Shown in pieces: positions 56,801-64,000 of a DNA stretch of 64,000 bases (the first letter of the stretch is position 1; every line of letters starts with the position of its first letter). The DNA comes from Candidatus Nomurabacteria bacterium (lineage in GTDB: Bacteria; Patescibacteriota; Minisyncoccia; Phycocordibacterales; UBA9973): assembly GCA_026395995.1 (NCBI GenBank), contig JAPLXQ010000010.1, forward strand, positions 2,587-66,586, written 5' to 3'. The position numbers and the translations under genes are program-made. Below the pieces are notes generated by a model, which saw only the letters and a list, made by a program, of their open reading frames with translations, did no database searches and had not been told where the DNA came from.

Positions 56801-58552
56801 ATGAAACAAAAAATAATAAATTTAATAAAAGATGCTTTGAATAAACTCGAAATAGGTGAGGTGAATTTTGTCGTGGAACATCCAGAAGATTTCAAGAATG
56901 GAGACTATTCTACGAACGTAGCGATGGTTTGTGCGAAGCAATTGAAAATGAATCCACGTGAACTTGCAGAAAAAATTTCTGCAGAAATTATGAAGCACCC
57001 CCTCCGGCTTTCAGTCACCTCCCCCTTAGCTAAGGGGGAGGGCTGGGGTGGGGGTGTTGAAAAAATAGAAGTCGCCGGCGCAGGGTTTATAAATTTCTAT
57101 ATTTCAAAAGAATATTTTCAAAAAGAATTAGCAAATATAATAACTTTAGCTGATAAATACGGATCCTCAGATTTAAATAAAGGAAAGAAAATTTTAGTTG
57201 AACATTCTAGTCCGAATTTATTTAAGCCATTTCACGTCGGGCATATGATGAATAATGCTATCGGTGAATCTATTACTCGACTCGCACATTTTTCTGGTGC
57301 GGAAGTAAAAGCTATTTCTTTCCCGTCTGATATTTCTCTCGGAGTAGCTAAAGCAATTTTTATAATTTTAGAAAAACAAATTGATGGTGAGGTTTTTAAA
57401 CCAGTAGATATCGTTGCATTAGGTGATGCTTATGTAGAAGGCACGAAGAGATATGATGAAGATGAATCTATCCATGCTCGTGTAAAAGAAATTGCTGATA
57501 ATCTATACTCTGAAAAAGACTCTCCAGAATTCAGCGCTTTTGTCGCTTGTAAAGAATTCAATATGGAATATTTTAAAAATATTACAAAACGTCTCGGTTC
57601 AGAATTTGATGGATATATTTACGAGAGTGAGGCTGGTATCATAGGTAAAAAAATGGTTTTAGAAAATACTCCTGCTATTTTTACCGAGAGTGAAGGCGCC
57701 GTCGTTTATATTCCAGAAGAAACAAAAAAATACATCAATACTGCCGTGTTTATAAACAGTCAAGGCAATCCTACTTATGAAGCGAAAGACCTCGGCCTTC
57801 TCGATTTAAAATTTGAAAAATATAATCCAGACCTTTCTATTTTTATTACAGACCATCAACAGATTTCTCATTTCGCTGTCGTTCTCGATGCTGTAGAAAA
57901 AATAAATAAAAGCTGGGTAGAGAGAAGTGTTCACCGAACACATGGACGTATGACATTCAAAGGACAAAAAATGTCTTCACGTCTCGGGGGAGTTCCACTC
58001 GTTGCTGATATTTTAGAGACAGTCCTTGCTGAAGTTTCTGAACGTACAAAAGACAGAGATACAGTAGACACACGTGAGAATCCAGAAGCTATCGCTGTCG
58101 GCGCACTAAAGTTCGCTATTCTCCGTGCTCAAGCAGGGAAAAATATCGACTTTGATCCAGATACTTCACTTTCATTCGAAGGGGATTCAGGTCCGTATTT
58201 ACAATACACTGGTGTCCGTGCAAATTCTGTACTAGCGAAGGCACCCCTCCTCAATCCTCCCCTTGGCAAATGGGAGGAAGGACTCAATAATTTAGAAATC
58301 ACCGATGTAGAAAAAATACTTGCTCGTTTTCCGGAAGTCGTCGAAAATTCTATCACTAATTGGGCTCCACATTATGTCACGACATATTTATGTGAATTAG
58401 CGCAATCATTCAACAGCTGGTATGCACATACTCAAATTATCGATGAAGCTAATCCAAATATGAATTACAATTTAGCTATCACTAAATCAGTTGCTCAAGT
58501 AATGCAAAACGGCCTTTGGCTTCTCGGCATTGAACTTCCAGAGAGAATGTAA
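56801..58552 (+). CDS. argS: arginine--tRNA ligase
   Basis: GDYSTN, AGAGFIN, HVGH, KMSSR, GPYLQY, LLGIELPERM. Confidence 0.97.
   Translation: MKQKIINLIKDALNKLEIGEVNFVVEHPEDFKNGDYSTNVAMVCAKQLKMNPRELAEKISAEIMKHPLRLSVTSPLAKGEGWGGGVEKIEVAGAGFINFYISKEYFQKELANIITLADKYGSSDLNKGKKILVEHSSPNLFKPFHVGHMMNNAIGESITRLAHFSGAEVKAISFPSDISLGVAKAIFIILEKQIDGEVFKPVDIVALGDAYVEGTKRYDEDESIHARVKEIADNLYSEKDSPEFSAFVACKEFNMEYFKNITKRLGSEFDGYIYESEAGIIGKKMVLENTPAIFTESEGAVVYIPEETKKYINTAVFINSQGNPTYEAKDLGLLDLKFEKYNPDLSIFITDHQQISHFAVVLDAVEKINKSWVERSVHRTHGRMTFKGQKMSSRLGGVPLVADILETVLAEVSERTKDRDTVDTRENPEAIAVGALKFAILRAQAGKNIDFDPDTSLSFEGDSGPYLQYTGVRANSVLAKAPLLNPPLGKWEEGLNNLEITDVEKILARFPEVVENSITNWAPHYVTTYLCELAQSFNSWYAHTQIIDEANPNMNYNLAITKSVAQVMQNGLWLLGIELPERM
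56996..57055. repeat. GC-rich palindromic element in frame in argS (copy 1)
   Basis: caccccctccggctttcagtca-cctccccctta-gc-taagggggagg-gctggggtgggggt; encodes HPLRLSVTSPLAKGEGWGGG. Confidence 0.85.
58244..58281. repeat. degenerate GC-rich palindromic element in frame in argS (copy 2)
   Basis: cccctcctcaa-tcctcccc-ttggcaaa-tgggagga; encodes PLLNPPLGKWEEG. Confidence 0.6.
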
Positions 58553-58637
58553 AAATCGTTAGGCAAGACCTAGCGATTTTCAGTTTTCCACCATTACATC
58601 TTGAAAAAGTAAAATCTCAGGATTATAATTTATATTA

Positions 58638-61600
58638 ATGTACTCAATAAAACGGGCGCGTTTGTTGTTTATTTTTATCACTAGCTTTATTAGTGTTTTT
58701 TATTTTTCAGCTCATTGTGCCTTGGCTGGCACGAATGTGACTGATGATATTACTTCCAATACTACGTGGACTGTCGCAGAGAGTCCATATATTGTGAGTA
58801 CGAATTTGTATATTGCCCCCAGTACCATACTCACTATCGAGCCAGGTGTCGTAGTAAAGTTTGAAAATAATTCTAGTATAAATTCCGCCGGTGATATCAT
58901 AGCGAATGGAAATATAAATAATAAAATAACCTTCACTTCTATTTTAGATGATTCAATAGCCGGAGATACAAATGAAGATTCTGATAATACCATTCCAAAT
59001 AAAAATGATTGGGATGGTATTTATTTTAATAGCTCTCATAATTCGTCTTTTACTTATGTGAACTTTAAATATGCTACCGATCTTTTAACTACAGATACTT
59101 CAGACATTAATTTACAAAATATTGATATTTATGAAAGTAATACTGGAATTTATTCTTATGATAATAGTAATATTACAATTACTAATGCTACCGCACAAAA
59201 TATCACCAGTGATGTTTTGTTTGCTTATAATCATACTAATATATTAGTGGACAATATTACTATTCAAGATATAGATGAAGCTGCTGTTGAAATTCTTGAG
59301 GGTAGTAGGCTAACTATTAACAACTCTTCTGTTAAAAATGTTTCACAATATGGAGCTTTTTTTATTTATGGTAATAGTTTTTTGATAGGCGATCATTTAG
59401 ACGTTGAAGATGTTTTTGGTAGTTCTCAGGACACAATAGACGTAGTAAATCATAGTAATTTATTGATTGATCATTCTACTTTTAAAAATTGCCCAGGGGA
59501 TTCGTGTATAGCTTTTTATGATAGTAATAGCTATTTGAATAATCCTTCGAGTGTGAGTGCTTATAATACATTATTCGATACTGGGGCAGGGTCAGCATTT
59601 ATTACTTTTGGAAATAGCCTAGTCACCGCTAATATTCAAAACTGCACGATTAAAAATTTTGATTATTTGGGAATTAGAAATTATGGTCCAGCAGTGCTAA
59701 ATGCTATCAATAATTATTGGGGTGATGCTACTGGGCCATACCATCCAGATTTGAATCCATCTGGGCTCGGTAATGGTGTTTCGAATAATGTCGACTTTAT
59801 TCCTTTTAAGATTACTGATCCACTCATCTCTCATAATCCAGTGATATTGATACCCGGAATTATGGGCTCATATTTAAATAAAAATTTTGGTGACATGGGT
59901 GAATTGTGGCCGAATATTAATACTTTGATAACATCGATTTCTGATGATTTTTTAAATGATCTTGCTTTGCGACCAGATGGCACTGAAGATCCAGCTAAGC
60001 CAATACAAGTAGGAGATATTATTCGTAGTATCAATGTCACTCTGCCTGGAATAAATAGTGTCTCACATAGCTTTGATGGATTGATAAATGAATTGACCAA
60101 TGGTGGCTATGTAGAAAATACTGACTTGTTTGTCTTTCCATATGATTGGCGAAAAGATGATGCGGAGGCAGCGATTTTGCTCGACAGCAAAATCGCTGCC
60201 GTCCTCTCCCAGACCGGCGCCTCCAAAGTAGATATTGTGGCTCACAGTATGGGCGGGCTCGTCACGAAAAAATATATTTCTGATCACGGCGCCGGCCTGA
60301 TAGACAAACTCGTCTTCATTGGCACTCCGCACCTCGGTGCACCGAAAGCTTATAAAGTACTAACTTATGGAGATGATATGGGAATAAATTATTGGAAACT
60401 TAGTTTATTAAGTCCAAGTAGGGCAAAATATATTTCTCAAAATATGCCAGGGGTTTTTGATCTTTTGCCGAGTGAAAAATATATTAATGATAATGGGTCT
60501 TATGTGATAAATGCCAAAAATAATCCTGTGCAGAATTTGAATTATTCTGAGACGAAAGATTTTATGAATACTCAAGGACGGAATATTTCAATGTTTACAC
60601 CAGCTGAAAGTTTGCATAATGATACAGACAATTTAAATTTACTAAATACAGATGTGTACAATTTTGTTGGTTGTGGTAAGACGAAAACGATTGGCAAAAT
60701 ACGAGTGGGGAAGAAGAGAGATTGGACACACCTTGGACTGACATGGAAAGACGATGTAATTATTTCATATACGAATGGTGATGAGACAGTGCCACTGTCT
60801 TCGGCTACTAGTGTCGACGCTCTCAATGAATACTTTGTGAAAAATATTTCACATATGGATTTGCCTTCAGCGGATGGATTGAGGCAAGATGTATTGGCTA
60901 TTCTCACGGGTGCTGATTTACCGAGCTCACCAGTGGTTTTGTCTGATGTGGGTGATTGTACGACTTCTGGGCACACTGTATCTGTCCACAGCCCAGCGAC
61001 ACTCGATATTTATGATAGCTTCGGCAATCATACAGGATTGAATACTGATGGTGACATTGAGTACGGCGTTCCGGGAGTATCTTATGATATTTTTGATGAT
61101 GTGAAATATGCATTTTTACCAGATGGGCAAAATTATCGAATTGTGAACCATGCTACAGATACAGGAGGGTATAGTTTGAATATTGATAATGTGGCAAACA
61201 ATGATGACATTACAAATTCTTTTTCTTGGAATCTTGTACCATTACAGACTTTGAATACAAATACTGAAATAAATATTGGCCCAGATTATCCTGAAAATGA
61301 TTATGTATTAAAGGCCGATGAAGATGGTAATGGAAGCTTTGAGAAAACTTTTCCTTTGAATTTTGATGGCACTAGCCTGGCTGAAAAAACAGAAGAAAAA
61401 CTTCATCATTCTAGTGGTGGTAGTGTTTTATCAATATTAAATAAAAAGGATGATGATAAAAAAGAAAACCTAGAAGAAAAAAATATTTCTGAATTGAATT
61501 CCGAATCCCAAAGGTCGGTCCTTAAGAATTTGGCTGTTAAAGGACCAACCTTAACGAATTCTGTATTTAAAAGGTCGTTCCTTAAAGGAGTTCAAGGTGC

Positions 61601-61739
61601 GACCTTAATACATTTAAACCCTGAGTCTGCATCCCAAACGGCCTCTGCAATAAATTCTGGTTTTAAAATTAAAGATATTTTAATAGTTCTTTCTGTTTGT
61701 ATTTTAGCTTTTATTATTGGCAAAAAATTGGTAAAATAG
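58638..61739 (+). CDS. surface protein: parallel beta-helix domain + LCAT/lipase-like alpha/beta hydrolase, C-terminal TM
   Basis: TWT...SPY..LTIEPG beta-helix start, NYWG, ILIPGIMGS, PYDWR, AHSMGG, GTPHLGAP, GDETVP. Confidence 0.8.
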   Translation: MYSIKRARLLFIFITSFISVFYFSAHCALAGTNVTDDITSNTTWTVAESPYIVSTNLYIAPSTILTIEPGVVVKFENNSSINSAGDIIANGNINNKITFTSILDDSIAGDTNEDSDNTIPNKNDWDGIYFNSSHNSSFTYVNFKYATDLLTTDTSDINLQNIDIYESNTGIYSYDNSNITITNATAQNITSDVLFAYNHTNILVDNITIQDIDEAAVEILEGSRLTINNSSVKNVSQYGAFFIYGNSFLIGDHLDVEDVFGSSQDTIDVVNHSNLLIDHSTFKNCPGDSCIAFYDSNSYLNNPSSVSAYNTLFDTGAGSAFITFGNSLVTANIQNCTIKNFDYLGIRNYGPAVLNAINNYWGDATGPYHPDLNPSGLGNGVSNNVDFIPFKITDPLISHNPVILIPGIMGSYLNKNFGDMGELWPNINTLITSISDDFLNDLALRPDGTEDPAKPIQVGDIIRSINVTLPGINSVSHSFDGLINELTNGGYVENTDLFVFPYDWRKDDAEAAILLDSKIAAVLSQTGASKVDIVAHSMGGLVTKKYISDHGAGLIDKLVFIGTPHLGAPKAYKVLTYGDDMGINYWKLSLLSPSRAKYISQNMPGVFDLLPSEKYINDNGSYVINAKNNPVQNLNYSETKDFMNTQGRNISMFTPAESLHNDTDNLNLLNTDVYNFVGCGKTKTIGKIRVGKKRDWTHLGLTWKDDVIISYTNGDETVPLSSATSVDALNEYFVKNISHMDLPSADGLRQDVLAILTGADLPSSPVVLSDVGDCTTSGHTVSVHSPATLDIYDSFGNHTGLNTDGDIEYGVPGVSYDIFDDVKYAFLPDGQNYRIVNHATDTGGYSLNIDNVANNDDITNSFSWNLVPLQTLNTNTEINIGPDYPENDYVLKADEDGNGSFEKTFPLNFDGTSLAEKTEEKLHHSSGGSVLSILNKKDDDKKENLEEKNISELNSESQRSVLKNLAVKGPTLTNSVFKRSFLKGVQGATLIHLNPESASQTASAINSGFKIKDILIVLSVCILAFIIGKKLVK
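61511..61606. repeat. four AAGGnnnnnCCTT hairpins in frame in the lipase linker
   Basis: aaggtcggtcctt, aaggaccaacctt, aaggtcgttcctt, aaggtgcgacctt. Confidence 0.75.
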
Positions 61740-61749
61740 ATATAACTTG

Positions 61750-61814
61750 TCCCGTTAGAAAATCATCGGGCATAAGTAAAAAATAAACTTTATTAATTAA
61801 ATTTTCTAATGGGA
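61750..61814. mobile_element. MITE-like element with 14-bp terminal inverted repeats
   Basis: tcccgttagaaaat ... attttctaatggga (1 mismatch). Confidence 0.55.
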
Positions 61815-62161
61815 TGGTACTTTGGATCCAAAAAACTTTTCATACAGATAAATGGTGGGGTAAAGCTATTTTCATGCTTTTAACTTATGTTGTTTATTGG
61901 TGTGTGTTTTATGGAATTTTTTCAATATTACCAAATCAACATCCAAATAATAATACTGATGTAGGAAGTAGTTTATTTTTAATTTATTTAGTAATTATTG
62001 TTCCGATTTTAAGTTTCTTTATACCTCATTACTTTAAAAAAGTTTTTTCCATAAATAAAGTTTTGTTGTATTCTTTACATCTCTTTTTTATATTAGTTTC
62101 TTTATACTTGTTCTTTATAATCGCAGCAACATCTGCAGTACAAAATATTCAAATCGGATAA
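61814..62161 (+). CDS. hypothetical membrane protein
   Basis: Three TM helices. Confidence 0.55.
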   Translation: MVLWIQKTFHTDKWWGKAIFMLLTYVVYWCVFYGIFSILPNQHPNNNTDVGSSLFLIYLVIIVPILSFFIPHYFKKVFSINKVLLYSLHLFFILVSLYLFFIIAATSAVQNIQIG

Positions 62162-62165
62162 ATTT

Positions 62166-62561
62166 ATGAAAACATATGAATCATATCAAGCATTAATAAA
62201 GCCGTCTTGGGCACCACCGTCATATCTCTTTGGTCCGGTTTGGAGCTTCCTTTATATTTTGATTTTCATTTCTTTTGGGAAAGTTTTTATGATGGCTTTT
62301 GAGAAGACTATTCCATTTATCGTAGCTTTGCCATTTATTTTAAATTTAATTTTTAATATTATTTACACACCACTGATGTTTGGTTTGAAAAACAATACTC
62401 TCGCATCTATCGATATTTTGCTCGTCCTCGGTACTATCATTTGGATGATGATTGCAATTTTTCCACATATGCGATGGATTACATATATTCAAATTCCGTA
62501 CCTCCTTTGGGTTTCTTTTGCGACAGTGTTGCAGTTAAGCATTTACTTTTTGAATAAGTAA
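62166..62561 (+). CDS. tspO: TspO/MBR family protein
   Basis: KPSWAPPSYLFGPVW, PYLLWVSFA. Confidence 0.9.
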   Translation: MKTYESYQALIKPSWAPPSYLFGPVWSFLYILIFISFGKVFMMAFEKTIPFIVALPFILNLIFNIIYTPLMFGLKNNTLASIDILLVLGTIIWMMIAIFPHMRWITYIQIPYLLWVSFATVLQLSIYFLNK

Positions 62562-63076
62562 TGCCTTTCAAAAAGAAAAAAGTAACAGTGAATGATGAAA
62601 TGCAGCAAAAGTATGTATACTTTTTGACTGAGCCTGTGGGTAAAAAATTTGATCCCGATTTCAAGCCAGACCTGACGCCCAAGCAAATGCTTTCCTTGGG
62701 CGTCTTTGGCGGCCGTTACCTCACAGATTGCAAAAAGGAATTCCCAAAAGAATGGTTCACTCGTGCAAAACTTTCTCCACATCATCATGATAAAAAATTA
62801 AATTATTTCGGTGTCGATGCGAGCCAGTCTTTATCAACCTGGAAGAAAAATGGATGGATTCACCCTATGGACCCGCGGGGTTGGTTTCAATGGTATTGCC
62901 GATATTATATGGGACGCAGAATTCCTGATGAAGATGCGAGACAAATAAAACGTTGGCGAATGATTCAAAGGCATACTGCGCAAATAGAAAAAAACTGCCG
63001 AGCAGGGGACATTTTCTGCCGCCCCCGCCAACGCCAAGCCCTCCTCCACTGGGCATATGATAGTAGGAAAATTTGA
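62561..63076 (+). CDS. conserved hypothetical protein
   Basis: FKPDLTP..M...GVFGGRY, DPRGWFQWYCRYYMGRR, RQALLHWAYD. Confidence 0.75.
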   Translation: MPFKKKKVTVNDEMQQKYVYFLTEPVGKKFDPDFKPDLTPKQMLSLGVFGGRYLTDCKKEFPKEWFTRAKLSPHHHDKKLNYFGVDASQSLSTWKKNGWIHPMDPRGWFQWYCRYYMGRRIPDEDARQIKRWRMIQRHTAQIEKNCRAGDIFCRPRQRQALLHWAYDSRKI

Positions 63077-63108
63077 TGTTTTTGGTAATCTTTTAGTATA
63101 ATTTACGT

Positions 63109-63591
63109 ATGAATAAAATCAATATCTATATAGATGGGAATAATTTATACAGATCTGCCAAAGAGCTTGGTTTTGAAATTGATTATAAAAAATTCAGAGG
63201 CTGGCTTCGTCAAAAATACAATCCACAATTTGTGTATTTATTTATTGGACTTGTTCCAGAACGTGCAAAGTTTTACGAACACTTACAAAAATGTGGCTAT
63301 ATTCTAGTTTTTAAACAAACAATATCTGTCGGTGAAAAAATAAAAGGAAATTGTGATGCTGAGCTAGTTTTGAAAGCTGTTTCAGATTTTTATACTAAAT
63401 CTTTAGATTCTTGTATTTTAGTTACTGGCGATGGTGACTTTGGTTGCCTTGTCGAATTTTTAAAAGAAAATAAATCAATGAGTTGTATTGTGTCACCTGA
63501 TGAAAGTAAGTGTTCTATTCTTTTAAGAAATAAAAATACTGAGATATTGTTTTTAAATGAGCATTATCATAAATTCTCAAATAGAGGTTAA
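63109..63591 (+). CDS. NYN domain (LabA/DUF88, PIN-like) ribonuclease
   Basis: YIDGNNL, KGNCDAEL and VTGDGDF acidic catalytic motifs. Confidence 0.9.
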   Translation: MNKINIYIDGNNLYRSAKELGFEIDYKKFRGWLRQKYNPQFVYLFIGLVPERAKFYEHLQKCGYILVFKQTISVGEKIKGNCDAELVLKAVSDFYTKSLDSCILVTGDGDFGCLVEFLKENKSMSCIVSPDESKCSILLRNKNTEILFLNEHYHKFSNRG

Positions 63592-63646
63592 AAAGAAAAA
63601 GCCCCCGATGCAGACGTATCTGCATAAGGGTCTCTTTCATAGTGAT
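63590..63646 (-). ncRNA. candidate small hairpin RNA convergent on the NYN gene
   Basis: AUCACUAUGAAAGAGACCCUUAUGCAGA-UACG-UCUGCAUCGGGGGCUUUUUCUUUUU between a near-consensus promoter and a U-tract. Confidence 0.6.
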
Positions 63647-63652
63647 ATAGCT

Positions 63653-63681
63653 ATTATATACGAACGTTCGGATAGCGTCAA
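63653..63681 (-). promoter_or_regulatory. sigma70 promoter TTGACG-N17-TATAAT
   Basis: -35 at 63676-63681 and -10 at 63653-63658 on the minus strand; the spacer holds the palindrome CGAACGTTCG. Confidence 0.8.
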
Positions 63682-63740
63682 GCATATAGTTGGAGTTACT
63701 TTTTCTTGTATTTAAAGGTTTAAAATGCTCTAATTTTGAT

Positions 63741-64000
63741 ATGCCAAAGAATTTTAATATACGAGCAAAAGTGTGGCGATGGCCGGGGGGATGGGGGCTG
63801 GCATTTTGTGAATTTAGATAAAAAAGTCTCTAAACAAATTCGAGATGTGTATACTCGTGGTTTTGTAAAAGTATATGCCACTATCGGGCGCACGTCTTGG
63901 GATGCGTCACTCTTGCCGAGTAAAAGGGACGCCAGCTATCTGCTCTGTGTCAAAAAACTCGTCCGCCAAAAAGAAGGAATCTTTGATGGTGATATTGTTT
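63741..64000 (+). pseudogene. DUF1905-like protein, frameshifted at a G6 run, runs off the window
   Basis: KVWRWPG, then the frame shifts into DGGWHFVNL...VYATIGRTSWDASLLP...YLLCVKKLVRQKEG. Confidence 0.65.

Noticed and set aside
1-64000. Alternative genetic code (UGA=Gly, as in Gracilibacteria/SR1)
   Set aside because: Conserved genes are full length under table 11, and TGA ends a gene at 63074-63076

Overview
AT-rich bacterial chromosome segment (translation table 11). Its gene content is typical of Patescibacteria/CPR, probably Parcubacteria; this is inferred from the short holA, the pilM/N/O-like cluster, rplK with no following rplA, and pervasive leaderless starts. It carries about 70 CDS, 7 tRNAs, a complete dTTP/folate-cycle cluster, and a class II ribonucleotide reductase next to a cobalamin adenosyltransferase. 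A 7-kb island with a large serine recombinase, an AbiV-like gene and an OLD-like nuclease is integrated at tRNA-Val. The most unusual signals are non-coding. (1) At 11.05-14.36 kb, short accessory genes sit in an array whose stop codons abut a 23-bp (G/C)TAG hairpin or its collapsed CTAGCTAG form, which is fused to a fixed-spacing promoter. This resembles an integron-like cassette array delimited by REP elements, and the window holds two REP-associated tyrosine transposase (RAYT) genes. (2) Several palindrome families are inserted in frame in housekeeping genes (fpg, ruvA, pduO, an RluA-family gene, argS). (3) An NYN RNase gene faces a convergent ~57-nt hairpin RNA that has its own near-consensus promoter. 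(4) The att site lies inside the recombinase ORF, so excision would swap the enzyme's C-terminus. (5) A cloverleaf-like orphan sRNA has its own promoter and terminator. All product calls come from motif recognition by eye, not from database searches.
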